From Candidatus Woesearchaeota archaeon (GTDB lineage Archaea > Nanobdellota > Nanobdellia > Woesearchaeales > GW2011-AR9): DNA of 64,000 nt. Made by a program: the position numbers and the translations under genes. Position 1 is the first letter of the stretch, and each line of letters starts with the position of its first letter. This document shows positions 8,582 through 18,045 of the stretch, one piece after another. The notes under the pieces are model-generated. The model was not told the origin of the DNA, ran no database searches, and saw only the letters and a program-made list of their open reading frames with translations. The DNA lies in assembly GCA_018696595.1 (NCBI GenBank), contig JABHQW010000003.1:128001-192000 (forward strand), given 5' to 3'.

Positions 8582-8965
8582 TTAATTAACTACTCTATCT
8601 CCTGAGAAAGCACGTAGGTATAAACTTAATTCGTTCGCAGATCTTTTAGAATTGTAGTTATTTACCATATCAACTAAAAGTTTTTCTTGGTCTGGAGTTA
8701 AATTTGCATCAGCAGAAACTCTTAAACCATACTGTTCTTTTTTTTCTGGAACGATTTGACCCAATAAAATACACATTAAATCTCCAGTTAAAGTAGCAAA
8801 TGTGTTATCATAAAATAACTGGTCTTGAGAATCACTAGTTTGAGAATCAGCACTAGAAGAAGGAAAATTCCCTGGAATATCCACCATAGTAAATTGATAG
8901 TCACCTTTTACTACAAAATAGCCGGGTCCGTTATCTACAAGTACTTTTTCATCTAAGTCTGCCAT
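8582..8965 (-). CDS. Hypothetical protein (orphan)
   Basis: 127-aa ORF with TATA-like element about 25 nt upstream; no recognisable motif. Confidence 0.6.
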   Translation of the reverse strand: MADLDEKVLVDNGPGYFVVKGDYQFTMVDIPGNFPSSSADSQTSDSQDQLFYDNTFATLTGDLMCILLGQIVPEKKEQYGLRVSADANLTPDQEKLLVDMVNNYNSKRSANELSLYLRAFSGDRVVN

Positions 8966-9035
8966 GAGATACTCAGAATTAGTTTCATTTATTAATGTTA
9001 CTAAAAAATTGTAAAAAGAATAAAAAATAGGGAAC

Positions 9036-9269
9036 TTACATCCCCAAAGATTTCATTAGTTCAAAGACAACAAAAGCAGGCCAAAGAAGAGCTTTAATCA
9101 CGCCAAAAGCACCGTTCCAAAATCCGGTAGCTGTTGAAATGTAGTAAACCAAAGCACCAATAAAACCTAAGCCATAAATTGCTCCACCACAAGCTCCGGA
9201 ACAACCCATTTTGTTTTCACAAGACATCTTTTTTGCTTTTACACTCTTTTTTTTATTTGTTTTTTTCAT
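9036..9269 (-). CDS. Small membrane protein
   Basis: Basic N-terminus then GGAIYGLGFIGALVYYI and ALLWPAF hydrophobic segments. Confidence 0.7.
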   Translation of the reverse strand: MKKTNKKKSVKAKKMSCENKMGCSGACGGAIYGLGFIGALVYYISTATGFWNGAFGVIKALLWPAFVVFELMKSLGM

Positions 9270-9276
9270 ACCAGAA

Positions 9277-9513
9277 CTAAACTTTTATTACTTTTAAAAC
9301 TTTCTCTCTACTCTTTTCTCCAGACTTAATTTCAATTTTCAAATTAAATTCTTTCTTAAAAAATTTGATTACTGCTTGATTGGCTTTCCCTTTCTCAGGA
9401 ACTGCTTGTAAGTATAATTTCAAGCTCCCGTTAACTTCTTTCAATTCTGTTCTCGAAGCGTTTGGAATTACTTTTATTTTAAGAAGATTGTTTTTAATGT
9501 GTTTATCAAGCAT
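9277..9513 (-). CDS. DUF167 (YggU/UPF0235) family protein
   Basis: LKIKVIPNA, PEKGKANQAVIKFF, GEKSREK motifs; start moved to ATG 9513. Confidence 0.85.
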   Translation of the reverse strand: MLDKHIKNNLLKIKVIPNASRTELKEVNGSLKLYLQAVPEKGKANQAVIKFFKKEFNLKIEIKSGEKSREKVLKVIKV

Positions 9514-9544
9514 ATATTTAGAATTGCTTTGGCATTTATTAATC

Positions 9545-9832
9545 CTACTCAACAATCTCTGCTTCATGTATCAAATAGAAGTCCATTTTTTTAACTAAAC
9601 TATCATATTCAGCAAGTTTTCCTTGATAAAGAACCTGATTTCCAAGAATAACTGCAGAAATATCTTCATCATGTTCAAACATATGATTCCAAATTTGAAC
9701 AACTCTAAGACGTAAAGATTTATTAACCTCTAATCCTGGAATATTTACAGGGAATTCTTTTGCTGTCCCTGGTTTCTCTTTAAGGAACTGACTACCAAAA
9801 TGGTCTCTATAAAATTGATATCCTAAATCCAT
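9545..9832 (-). CDS. Hypothetical protein (orphan)
   Basis: ORF; start moved to ATG 9832, about 24 nt after a TTTATA box. Confidence 0.55.
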   Translation of the reverse strand: MDLGYQFYRDHFGSQFLKEKPGTAKEFPVNIPGLEVNKSLRLRVVQIWNHMFEHDEDISAVILGNQVLYQGKLAEYDSLVKKMDFYLIHEAEIVE

Positions 9833-9925
9833 AATTTCTGTGAACGGTATATAGAATATAAACATTTTGGGTTTAGAAAGTACAATAACAAAAGTTTTAT
9901 ATCTTTCTTTAATTTAATTTAACAA

Positions 9926-10678
9926 ATGGCAGATTATGATAAGATTGCAAAACAATATTTTGAAAGAAGAGCTGATAAATCTCGGTTTGATTATAACCGA
10001 GACATAGAAGTTCCAGCTATGATTAAGGCTATTGGTGATGTTAAAAATAAAGTTATTCTTAACATGGGTTGTGGCTTTGGAGACCATTCTCAGAAATTAG
10101 CTCAGAAAGGTGCTAAAAAAATAATCAATTTTGATTTAAGTCAAGAACTAATTAAATTTGCCAATAGAAAAAATATTCCTAACTGTGAATTTGAAGTTGG
10201 GGATATGGATCAAAAGTTAAAATATAAAAACAACTATTTTGATCTTGTTATTTCGGGGCTTGCCTTACATTATGTTAAAAATGTTAACCAATTATTTAAA
10301 GAGGTAAATCGCGTGTTAAAAAAAGATGGCACTTTTGTTATTTCAACTGGCCATCCAATCTTTGATTTGTTAAGTGAAAGTATAGGTAATAATTCAGAAG
10401 CAAAGATTGCAATTAAAAGGGTTGGTAATAAAAGAATTGTTGAAGGAGATTATTTTGATGAAAGTATAAAATTAGCTAACTTAGGTTCAATCGGAAAAAT
10501 TAAAACATATAGTTACACATTTGAAACCCTAATTAAATCAGGATTAAATAATGGATTTGAATTAGTTGATTATGTTGATATGAAACCAGTTCCCAGTTCT
10601 AAGAAGTATGATTCCGAGAAATATAAGTTAACCTCAACTCTGCCAACATTTATTTTATTTAAGTGGAAAAAGAAATAA
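9926..10678 (+). CDS. Class I SAM-dependent methyltransferase
   Basis: ILNMGCGFG motif I (N replaces the usual D), FDLS, FDLVISGLALHY, RVLKKDG. Confidence 0.88.
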   Translation: MADYDKIAKQYFERRADKSRFDYNRDIEVPAMIKAIGDVKNKVILNMGCGFGDHSQKLAQKGAKKIINFDLSQELIKFANRKNIPNCEFEVGDMDQKLKYKNNYFDLVISGLALHYVKNVNQLFKEVNRVLKKDGTFVISTGHPIFDLLSESIGNNSEAKIAIKRVGNKRIVEGDYFDESIKLANLGSIGKIKTYSYTFETLIKSGLNNGFELVDYVDMKPVPSSKKYDSEKYKLTSTLPTFILFKWKKK

Positions 10679-10680
10679 TT

Positions 10681-10702
10681 GAGTAACCTTTAAAAACATT
10701 CT
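10681..10702 (+). repeat. 22-bp direct repeat copy 1 (promoter-containing)
   Basis: GAGTAACCTTTAAAAACATTCT, identical to 11372-11393. Confidence 0.85.
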
Positions 10703-10719
10703 ATCATTCTTTTTTTATT

Positions 10720-11355
10720 ATGGACCAACACGACCTATGGCAATCTAAATGGAATAAAAGAACAAAAGGTTTGCCTGAAACTGAATTTGCAAAGAGAAGT
10801 TTTTCTTTAATTAAAGATAAGAATTTTAAAAGTTTATTAGAGTTAGGTTGTGGTGACGGGAAAGATAGCTTATTTTTTGCTAAGAAAGGATTAAGAATTA
10901 CTGCTGTTGATTTTTCTGAAGTTGCAATAAACCACTTGGAAGAAAAGATTAAACAAGAGAATATTAAGAATATAACTCCGTTATTAATGAATCTAGAGAA
11001 ATTAGAATTAAATGAAACGTTTGATATTGTCTACGCTAATTTATCTCTTCATTATTTTGATGATAAAACCACTATCAAAATTTTTGATCAATTGTATGAA
11101 TTATTGAATAAAGGAGGATTCTTATTTGTTAAATGTAAATCAATTGATGACTTTAAGTATGGAAAAGGAGAAAAGTTAGGAAATGATTATTATTTATTTA
11201 AAGGACATAAAAGACATTTTTTCAGTAAAAAATATATGGAAGAAAAATTAAAAAAATTTAAGATTATTAAAATAAGAAAAACTTCTTCGAAACACTTTAA
11301 TATTGGTATGGGGACATCTCATGCATTATTTATTGAAGCAGTAGCAACTTCTTAG
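10720..11355 (+). CDS. Class I SAM-dependent methyltransferase (TehB-like)
   Basis: LLELGCGDGKD, TAVDFSE, FDIVYANLSLHYF, LNKGG, RHFFS. Confidence 0.88.
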   Translation: MDQHDLWQSKWNKRTKGLPETEFAKRSFSLIKDKNFKSLLELGCGDGKDSLFFAKKGLRITAVDFSEVAINHLEEKIKQENIKNITPLLMNLEKLELNETFDIVYANLSLHYFDDKTTIKIFDQLYELLNKGGFLFVKCKSIDDFKYGKGEKLGNDYYLFKGHKRHFFSKKYMEEKLKKFKIIKIRKTSSKHFNIGMGTSHALFIEAVATS

Positions 11356-11371
11356 TTTTAAACTATTCGCA

Positions 11372-11393
11372 GAGTAACCTTTAAAAACATTCT
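11372..11393 (+). repeat. 22-bp direct repeat copy 2 (likely leuS promoter)
   Basis: Identical to 10681-10702; TTTAAAAA box about 20-25 nt before the leuS ATG. Confidence 0.85.
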
Positions 11394-11408
11394 CTTAATC
11401 CTAATAGT

Positions 11409-14285
11409 ATGACAATCAATTTTAAAGATATAGAAAAAAAATGGCAAGCTGCTTGGGAAAAGAATAAAGTATTCCAAGTAGAAGTTGATGACTACCAAAA
11501 AAAGAAGTTCTACTTAACAACCCCTTATCCTTACATGAGTGGGTTATTACATCTAGGACATTTGTTTACTTACATGGCGCCAGAAACCCTGGCTAGATTT
11601 AAACGAATGCAAGGACATAATGTTTTATTCAAGTATGGGTTTCATTGTACTGGAACGCCGATCGTAGCAGCAGCAAAGAAAGTTGCTGAAAAAGAACCCA
11701 AACAAATTGCTGCTTTAGAAAAAATGGGCATTTCCAAAGAAGAAATTCTAAAATTTTCAGAACCAGAACATTGGATACAATATTTCCCAAAAGAAACTCT
11801 AAGAGACATTAAAAGCATGGGTTTTGTAGTTGATGAACGTTATACTTTCATCACAACCTCATTAAACAAACCGTATGATGCATTTATTAAATGGCAATTT
11901 AACAAACTAAAAGAAAAAGGCTATGCTAAGAAAGGCAAACACCCAGTTGTTTGGTGCCCAAAAGACAATGCTCCAACAGGAGATCATGCAAGGAGTGAAG
12001 GAGAAGGAGAAACACCACAAGAATATCTTCTTTTCAAACACAAATTAGAAGATGGCCGATATTTAATCACTGCAACTTTAAGACCAGATACTGTAATGGG
12101 AACAACTAATCTTTATATGAATCCAGAAGCTAAGTATACTGAGGCTGAAGTTAATGGAGAAAAATGGGTTTTAAATGATAATTGTGCTAAAAATCTAAAA
12201 GAGCAAGGCCATGAAGTTAATATTATCGAAAAGGTTTCTGGTAAAGAGTTCATTGGTAAAAAAGTCGAAGAGTTCGGTAACAGAAAAGTAATTATTCTGC
12301 CAGCAACATTCTTAGACCTAGATTTTGGAACTGGATTAGTTCATTCTGTTCCTTCAGACTCAACAGATGATCTAATTGCATTACGAGACTTACAAAAAGA
12401 TGAAACAACTTGTGAAAAATATGGCCTGGACATTAATGAAATTAAAAAAATCCAACCAATCCCTGTTTTAAATACCCCTGGATTAGGAAATATTGCTGCT
12501 GAAGCAATGTTAAAGAAATACAATATTAAGTCACAAAATGAACGAGAAAAGCTTGAGAAAATCAAAAAAGAGTTATACAAATTAAGTCATTTTACAGCGA
12601 CATTAAATGAAAAGTATAAAGAAAATTTCTCCGAAAACTTAGAAGGGAAACGTGTTGAAGAGGCTAAAGAAATTATTTCTAACGATTTAATTAAAGGTGG
12701 CTGGGCACTTAAGTATTATGAATTATCTGGAAAAGTGGTTTGTAGATGCCTAACTGAATGTATTGTTAAGATGGTTGAAAACCAATGGTTCTTAGAATAT
12801 AACGATAAAAAATGGAAAGAAGTTGCTCACGAATGTTTAGATTCCATGAAAATTTATCCAGAAGTATTAAGAAAACAATTTGACTATGTTTTAGACTGGC
12901 TACATCGATGGGCTTGTGCACGAGAGTTAGGATTAGGAACAAGATTACCATGGGATGAAAATTGGGTGATTGAATCATTATCAGATTCAACAATTCAGAT
13001 GGCTTACAATACTATCTCAAAATATTTAGAACATCCAGAAGAATATGGTTTTTCTGTAGATCAATTAAACGATGAGTTCTTTGATTATGTTCATTTGAAT
13101 AAAGGAACCGCTGAAAAAGTTGAAGCATCTACTGGAGTTCCAATAAAAATGATTGAAACAATGAAAAAAGATTTCGAATATTGGTATCCGTTCGATTTCA
13201 GAAACTCTGCAAAAGATTTAATCCAAAACCATTTAGCATTTTGTATTTTTAATCACACAGCAATTTTTCCAAAAGAACATTGGCCAAAATCGTTTATGAT
13301 TAATGGTAGAATCATGATTAACAATGAAAAGATGAGTAAATCTAAAGGAAACTTTTTCACGATGAGAGAACTTCATGATAAACACGGCGCAGATATTATC
13401 AGATTAACTGCTTCTAATGCCGGAGAAGGATCAGATGATGCTAATTATGATATGGGATTCCATGATATTGCTAAAAGAAAACTAAATGAGTTGTACGATT
13501 TTGTTAAAGAAAATTATAACAAAGGAAGAACTGACAAATTGTTAATTGATCAGTGGTTTGAATCTAAGATAAATGAAACTATCGGAAAAACCACAATAGC
13601 ATTTGAGAACATGCAATTTAAGTCCGCAATACAATTTTCATTATTAGATTTACAAAGGCATCTGAAATGGTACTTGAAAAGAACTAAAGATCAACCTAAT
13701 AAAGAATTGATAAATTTATTGATTGAGACACAAATTAAATTGTTAGCCCCAGTAATCCCTCATTTCTGTGAAGAATGTTGGGAACTAATTAAAGGAAAAG
13801 AATTTGTTTCTAACGCTGCTTGGCCTGAAGCAAATCAAGAAGCCATTAAGCCAGAATTAGATTTAGGAGAAGAATTATTGAAAAATAACATTTCTGATAT
13901 CAGAGAAGTTATGAAACTTGCTAAAATTGATCAACCAAAAGCAATTAAACTTTTTGTGGCTGCAGATTGGAAATATGGGTTTGTTGAGAAATTCAAAGAA
14001 TTGATTAAGGAAACAAGAAATCCCGGAGAAATCCTTAAAACTTTGATGCAATCTGAATTAAAACAACATGGCAAGGATATTAGCAAACTAGTTCCTGCTT
14101 TAATTAAAGACCAAAGTAAACTTCCTGCGAAAGAGTTAACCAAGAAGAATGAAATTGCGGCTTTAGAAGAAAGTAAGGGGCTAATCGCAGAAGAGTTTGG
14201 TTGTTCTGTAGAAGTTGTTATTGATTCAGATCATAATAAAGCTAAATCAGCAATGCCTGGTAAGGTTGGGATATTGGTAGAATAA
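11409..14285 (+). CDS. leuS: Leucyl-tRNA synthetase, archaeal type
   Basis: PYPYMSGLLHLGH (HIGH), TGDHARSEGEG, ATLRPDT editing domain, SLSDSTIQMAY, KMSKSKGN, AMPGKVGILVE. Confidence 0.97.
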   Translation: MTINFKDIEKKWQAAWEKNKVFQVEVDDYQKKKFYLTTPYPYMSGLLHLGHLFTYMAPETLARFKRMQGHNVLFKYGFHCTGTPIVAAAKKVAEKEPKQIAALEKMGISKEEILKFSEPEHWIQYFPKETLRDIKSMGFVVDERYTFITTSLNKPYDAFIKWQFNKLKEKGYAKKGKHPVVWCPKDNAPTGDHARSEGEGETPQEYLLFKHKLEDGRYLITATLRPDTVMGTTNLYMNPEAKYTEAEVNGEKWVLNDNCAKNLKEQGHEVNIIEKVSGKEFIGKKVEEFGNRKVIILPATFLDLDFGTGLVHSVPSDSTDDLIALRDLQKDETTCEKYGLDINEIKKIQPIPVLNTPGLGNIAAEAMLKKYNIKSQNEREKLEKIKKELYKLSHFTATLNEKYKENFSENLEGKRVEEAKEIISNDLIKGGWALKYYELSGKVVCRCLTECIVKMVENQWFLEYNDKKWKEVAHECLDSMKIYPEVLRKQFDYVLDWLHRWACARELGLGTRLPWDENWVIESLSDSTIQMAYNTISKYLEHPEEYGFSVDQLNDEFFDYVHLNKGTAEKVEASTGVPIKMIETMKKDFEYWYPFDFRNSAKDLIQNHLAFCIFNHTAIFPKEHWPKSFMINGRIMINNEKMSKSKGNFFTMRELHDKHGADIIRLTASNAGEGSDDANYDMGFHDIAKRKLNELYDFVKENYNKGRTDKLLIDQWFESKINETIGKTTIAFENMQFKSAIQFSLLDLQRHLKWYLKRTKDQPNKELINLLIETQIKLLAPVIPHFCEECWELIKGKEFVSNAAWPEANQEAIKPELDLGEELLKNNISDIREVMKLAKIDQPKAIKLFVAADWKYGFVEKFKELIKETRNPGEILKTLMQSELKQHGKDISKLVPALIKDQSKLPAKELTKKNEIAALEESKGLIAEEFGCSVEVVIDSDHNKAKSAMPGKVGILVE

Positions 14286-14405
14286 AGTATATTTTCTTTT
14301 TTTATTATTTTTATAAAGGGCTGAGCCAGCGGAATAGTCATGTTCATAGGAACAACAAGATCACAAAAAGAAAAAAATAAAGAAATAAAAGAAAAAAAGA
14401 AACTC

Positions 14406-14813
14406 TTATCTATCCATCCAAGCAACTAATCCTAGTATTACAAGGTTTGCTAACGTAGCCACATATCCAACAACTGGGATAATAGCCAATATTGGGATTA
14501 AAGACAACCAACCAGGATAATTCCTTCTTTCAAAGATTTGCCAATTCCACATAATTGCAAAAACACCGCCAACTATAGGTACTAAAATAATGAATACCCA
14601 AGGCCAAGCATTTTCTCTTTTCTTTGCCAAAATTGGTAATAAAGCAAATTGTGCCAATGGGATCCATGCTAACCATCCCTTATCGTAATCCAATTTTTTT
14701 GCGATTGTCATCCAAACAAATGCAAGATAAACGTAAATTGCAGCAAATAATAATAATCCAACACCCATCATTGCACCTGCTAAACCCGCCATTCCAAAAG
14801 ATTCTAAAGCCAT
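14406..14813 (-). CDS. Membrane protein (DUF5684-like)
   Basis: IAKKLDYDKGWLAWIP motif and 3-4 hydrophobic helices. Confidence 0.7.
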   Translation of the reverse strand: MALESFGMAGLAGAMMGVGLLLFAAIYVYLAFVWMTIAKKLDYDKGWLAWIPLAQFALLPILAKKRENAWPWVFIILVPIVGGVFAIMWNWQIFERRNYPGWLSLIPILAIIPVVGYVATLANLVILGLVAWMDR

Positions 14814-14830
14814 TTTATTTCACCTCCAAA

Positions 14831-15451
14831 TTATTTTTTATTAACTTTCTTTTTAGTATTATTTTTAACTACTTTCTTAACTGCTTTTCTACCAGCAACT
14901 ATTCTTCCGTAAAAGTCGGCAAGAAAGATGTTCTTAGTAAAAGACCCAGCAGGCCATCCGACTAGAATAATCATCATGAACAAGAAAATTATTCCTAAAG
15001 CAATGCTTTTTAGTAAAGCGATCAGATAATCTTCAAAGTTTTCAAAAACTAATTTTACAAGACTAAACTCAAAATAAGACTCTACTGTTTCCTTGTTAAA
15101 GAAGTTCATTACCAAAATAGGAATAACGAACAGTGAAACAAAGAAATTTATTAAGAAACCTATAAAAGGGATTACCATAAATACTAAGTAAAAGATAGTA
15201 TAAGCGATAACAAACGGTAATGATTTAATAAACATAAAGAAGCCAAACTTAAAATGTTCAACAAAATCAAATTTTGGTAATTCTTTAAACATGCCAGCAA
15301 AGAATTGTTGTTTAATTCTAATCGCATATCCACTTAGAGCAAACCAACCGATGATAGGTATAAAAAACCACAGAATGTTTAGTAATCCAACTGCTCGTTT
15401 AAAGGGATAACGAAAAGCATCTTCAAAAGTAAGTGTATTTGTTTTAGCCAT
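14831..15451 (-). CDS. DUF4013-like membrane protein
   Basis: FEDAFRYPF, FIPIIGWFALSGYAIR, LPKFD, GF.MFIKSLP. Confidence 0.8.
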   Translation of the reverse strand: MAKTNTLTFEDAFRYPFKRAVGLLNILWFFIPIIGWFALSGYAIRIKQQFFAGMFKELPKFDFVEHFKFGFFMFIKSLPFVIAYTIFYLVFMVIPFIGFLINFFVSLFVIPILVMNFFNKETVESYFEFSLVKLVFENFEDYLIALLKSIALGIIFLFMMIILVGWPAGSFTKNIFLADFYGRIVAGRKAVKKVVKNNTKKKVNKK

Positions 15452-15581
15452 CTTAAAAGAAATTAATCTTTAGAAGTATTTAAATGTTGTTTTTTATGTT
15501 ATAATTATCTGAACTTGATTTTAGTAAGTTTTATTAATATGTATTCTTTATAGATAAATATAACAATCAAAGAGGTAAAAG

Positions 15582-15965
15582 ATGGGATTATTTGGTAATT
15601 TATTTGGAAAAAAGAAAGTTGCAACATTATTATTTGATAAAGAATTTCAACATACAAGAATTGAAATCAATGAATCAAGAATTATGATTGGAAGAGGAAC
15701 CTATACTGGAGGATCAAGAGCAATAAAAGAAGAAAATAATATTAAAATTTCAAATAGCAATAAAAACCTTAACACAACGATTTCATCCGAACATTGTGAA
15801 TTAGTTCTAAATAATGAAAAAAAATATGTTATTACAGACAAATCTAAGAACGGAACAAAAGTCAATGGCTTATCCATTAAAGGCATTAGTAAAGTATTAG
15901 AAAACCTAGACAAGATAATTATTGTAACAAAACCAGTTGCAGAATTTCAAATCATTTATGCTTAA
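15582..15965 (+). CDS. FHA-domain protein
   Basis: IMIGRG, ISSEHC, DKSKNGTKVNG (the GR..S..H..NG phosphothreonine-binding residues); GAGGT SD. Confidence 0.85.
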   Translation: MGLFGNLFGKKKVATLLFDKEFQHTRIEINESRIMIGRGTYTGGSRAIKEENNIKISNSNKNLNTTISSEHCELVLNNEKKYVITDKSKNGTKVNGLSIKGISKVLENLDKIIIVTKPVAEFQIIYA

Positions 15966-15981
15966 TGAGGTAAATTAGACA

Positions 15982-16503
15982 ATGAAAAAAAAAGAAATTA
16001 TTATTTCAATTACAATCGCCATCATTTTCACTTTATTTGTTGGGTATGGCATTGAAGTGTTTGATAGTACTAAAAGTTATAGCGACTTCTGTCCAGAAGA
16101 ATTATATGACATTGATAACAAAGAAGAATGTCTTACAGAAGGTGGTTCTTGGAATGAATTTGAAACACCAATAGTATCACCAGAAAAAGAAGAATCAATT
16201 GTTGAACCAAATAAAAGATCGTGTTCTCCAACAAAAGAATGTCGTAAAAATTATGACACCTCAAAATCAAAACATGATAAAATCGTTTTCATTGTCAGTA
16301 TAATTGTTGGATTAATTGCTATCTTCACAGGAGTTTTTCTGAAAAAAGATGCAGTTAGTACAGGAATCTTAAGTGGCGGAGTTTTACTAATAATCTACGG
16401 AACAATGAGATACTGGCAACATGCTAACGATACTTTAAAGTTTGTCTTATTAGGAATTGTTTTAGCGGTCTTAATTTGGATTGGTTACAAGAAACTAAAG
16501 TGA
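15982..16503 (+). CDS. Membrane protein with Cys-containing extracellular loop
   Basis: N-terminal TM helix, four-Cys loop, three C-terminal TM helices. Confidence 0.7.
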   Translation: MKKKEIIISITIAIIFTLFVGYGIEVFDSTKSYSDFCPEELYDIDNKEECLTEGGSWNEFETPIVSPEKEESIVEPNKRSCSPTKECRKNYDTSKSKHDKIVFIVSIIVGLIAIFTGVFLKKDAVSTGILSGGVLLIIYGTMRYWQHANDTLKFVLLGIVLAVLIWIGYKKLK

Positions 16504-16507
16504 TAAA

Positions 16508-16960
16508 GTGAAAAGTACTCCTTGGAAAGTAAAAGAACTGAACAGAAAGATTGAACATTTTGAAGTTAGTTATCATAAGAAAGACCAAGTGGTTCTTCTT
16601 GAAGATGATAAGCACAAACTAATCATGGTAAATAAGAAGCCAGAGTTCTTTTACTACGAGGGAAAAATTGTTCCGACATTGAAACTATTGCAAGATAAAG
16701 AAGTTCTTAAAAAAATAACTGTTGACATGGGTGCGGTTAAATTTGTTGTTAACGGCGCAGATATTATGCGACCAGGGATTGTTGAGATTGAAGATGGTAT
16801 TGAAAAAGAAGGTTTCATCGTTATTATTGATGTTAACAATAAAAAACCTCTTGCTGTCGGAGTTGCTTTACTAAGTTCAGAAGAAATGCGTTCTTCTGGT
16901 GGTGGAAAAGTAATTAAGAACATTCATTACGTTGGCGATGACCTTTGGAAAAGAGAATGA
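16508..16960 (+). CDS. PUA-domain RNA-binding protein (archaeal Tma20/MCT-1-like, DUF1947)
   Basis: VPTLKLL, ITVDMGAVKFVVNGADIMRPGIV, GKVIKNIHYVGDDLW. Confidence 0.9.
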   Translation: MKSTPWKVKELNRKIEHFEVSYHKKDQVVLLEDDKHKLIMVNKKPEFFYYEGKIVPTLKLLQDKEVLKKITVDMGAVKFVVNGADIMRPGIVEIEDGIEKEGFIVIIDVNNKKPLAVGVALLSSEEMRSSGGGKVIKNIHYVGDDLWKRE

Positions 16961-17292
16961 TAACCAACAAAACAACTAACAAAGTAATCTCAAACAAAGA
17001 AGTTGTTTGTAAGAATTTCTTTACGCAAATGCTAGGATTAATGAACAAGTTAGGCAAAACAAATCTAATCATGATCTTCAACAAAGAAAGAAGAATCTCC
17101 TTACACATGTTCTTTGTCTTCTATCCTATCGATGTCTTAATTTTAGATGAAAATAAAAAAGTAATTGAAATCAAAGAAAACTTCAAACCATTTACATTCT
17201 GGACTGCAAAGAATAAAGGAAAACATCTGATTGAGTTAGGAAAAAAAGAAAGTAAAGGTAAAGTAAGTGTTGGAGATTTATTAGAATTCTAA
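16957..17292 (+). CDS. DUF192 family protein
   Basis: GLM, SLHMFFVFYPIDVLILD, LIEL; ATGA overlap with the PUA gene. Confidence 0.85.
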   Translation: MITNKTTNKVISNKEVVCKNFFTQMLGLMNKLGKTNLIMIFNKERRISLHMFFVFYPIDVLILDENKKVIEIKENFKPFTFWTAKNKGKHLIELGKKESKGKVSVGDLLEF

Positions 17293-17296
17293 TATC

Positions 17297-17998
17297 TTAT
17301 TCCAAACAATCCACAATTGCTTTAAAATATAATTCGTGTGGTTCAGAAGATTCTTTTCTAGACTCTCTTAACTTGGTAACTATATCAGAAGAACTTAATT
17401 CATTTTCTCTAAGTTTAATTGCATTATTAATAGCTACGACCCTTACTGCTTCACGATAATTAACATTATTAAATGGAGACGGACACAAATTCAATATTGC
17501 TTCATCCAATTTTTCATCCTGAAGATCTTCTTTTCCTTCCAAATAATCAGCTTGTACTCTATTGATTTCATCAGTAAGAGGATTTTGAGAATAAACCAAA
17601 TCATTCTCAGTACCATAAGGGAAAACATTGGAAGTTGCTAATTCCGCAATTGTCTCATCAATTAAGTGAGCACAAAGATAGTCTACCAAGTAACTATTAT
17701 CAGGATTCAATAATTCATTAATCAGTAAGCCTTCTTCATCCATCAAATAATGAATAAGTTCATGAAATAAAACATGCTCAGAAACTATTGGAGAAGAATG
17801 GATACTTTTGCCACTTGGAACATAAGAAGCCCCCATAGTCATTAAGTCTGAAACAACCCTAGGTTTAATATGAGGAAGATTATATTTTCCAGATAAACCT
17901 AATTCTTGCTTACAATCTTCGAGAATTTTTTCTATACTTTCTGAAGTAACATCTACTTCTTCTGATTCATGATCCAATAAAGATAAGTTATAACCCAT
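17297..17998 (-). CDS. Hypothetical acidic protein with HExxH zincin-like motif
   Basis: VLFHELIHYLM followed by a downstream LIDET Glu; own TTTATAAA box. Confidence 0.6.
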   Translation of the reverse strand: MGYNLSLLDHESEEVDVTSESIEKILEDCKQELGLSGKYNLPHIKPRVVSDLMTMGASYVPSGKSIHSSPIVSEHVLFHELIHYLMDEEGLLINELLNPDNSYLVDYLCAHLIDETIAELATSNVFPYGTENDLVYSQNPLTDEINRVQADYLEGKEDLQDEKLDEAILNLCPSPFNNVNYREAVRVVAINNAIKLRENELSSSDIVTKLRESRKESSEPHELYFKAIVDCLE

Positions 17999-18045
17999 GA
18001 GTGGTTAAAATTGAGGATTATTTATAAATGTTTGTTTAAAAAAGT

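Noticed and set aside
11409-14285. Possible loss of LeuRS editing (SVPSDSTDD instead of the usual VPAH.P.D)
   Set aside because: The Thr-rich ATLRPDT and a terminal Asp remain and the domain is full length, so loss cannot be supported by eye.
14310-14430. Small hairpins and a possible 29-aa ORF between leuS and the convergent membrane gene
   Set aside because: Stems are only 4-5 bp, and the Lys/Glu-rich ORF is the reverse read of a T-rich terminator.
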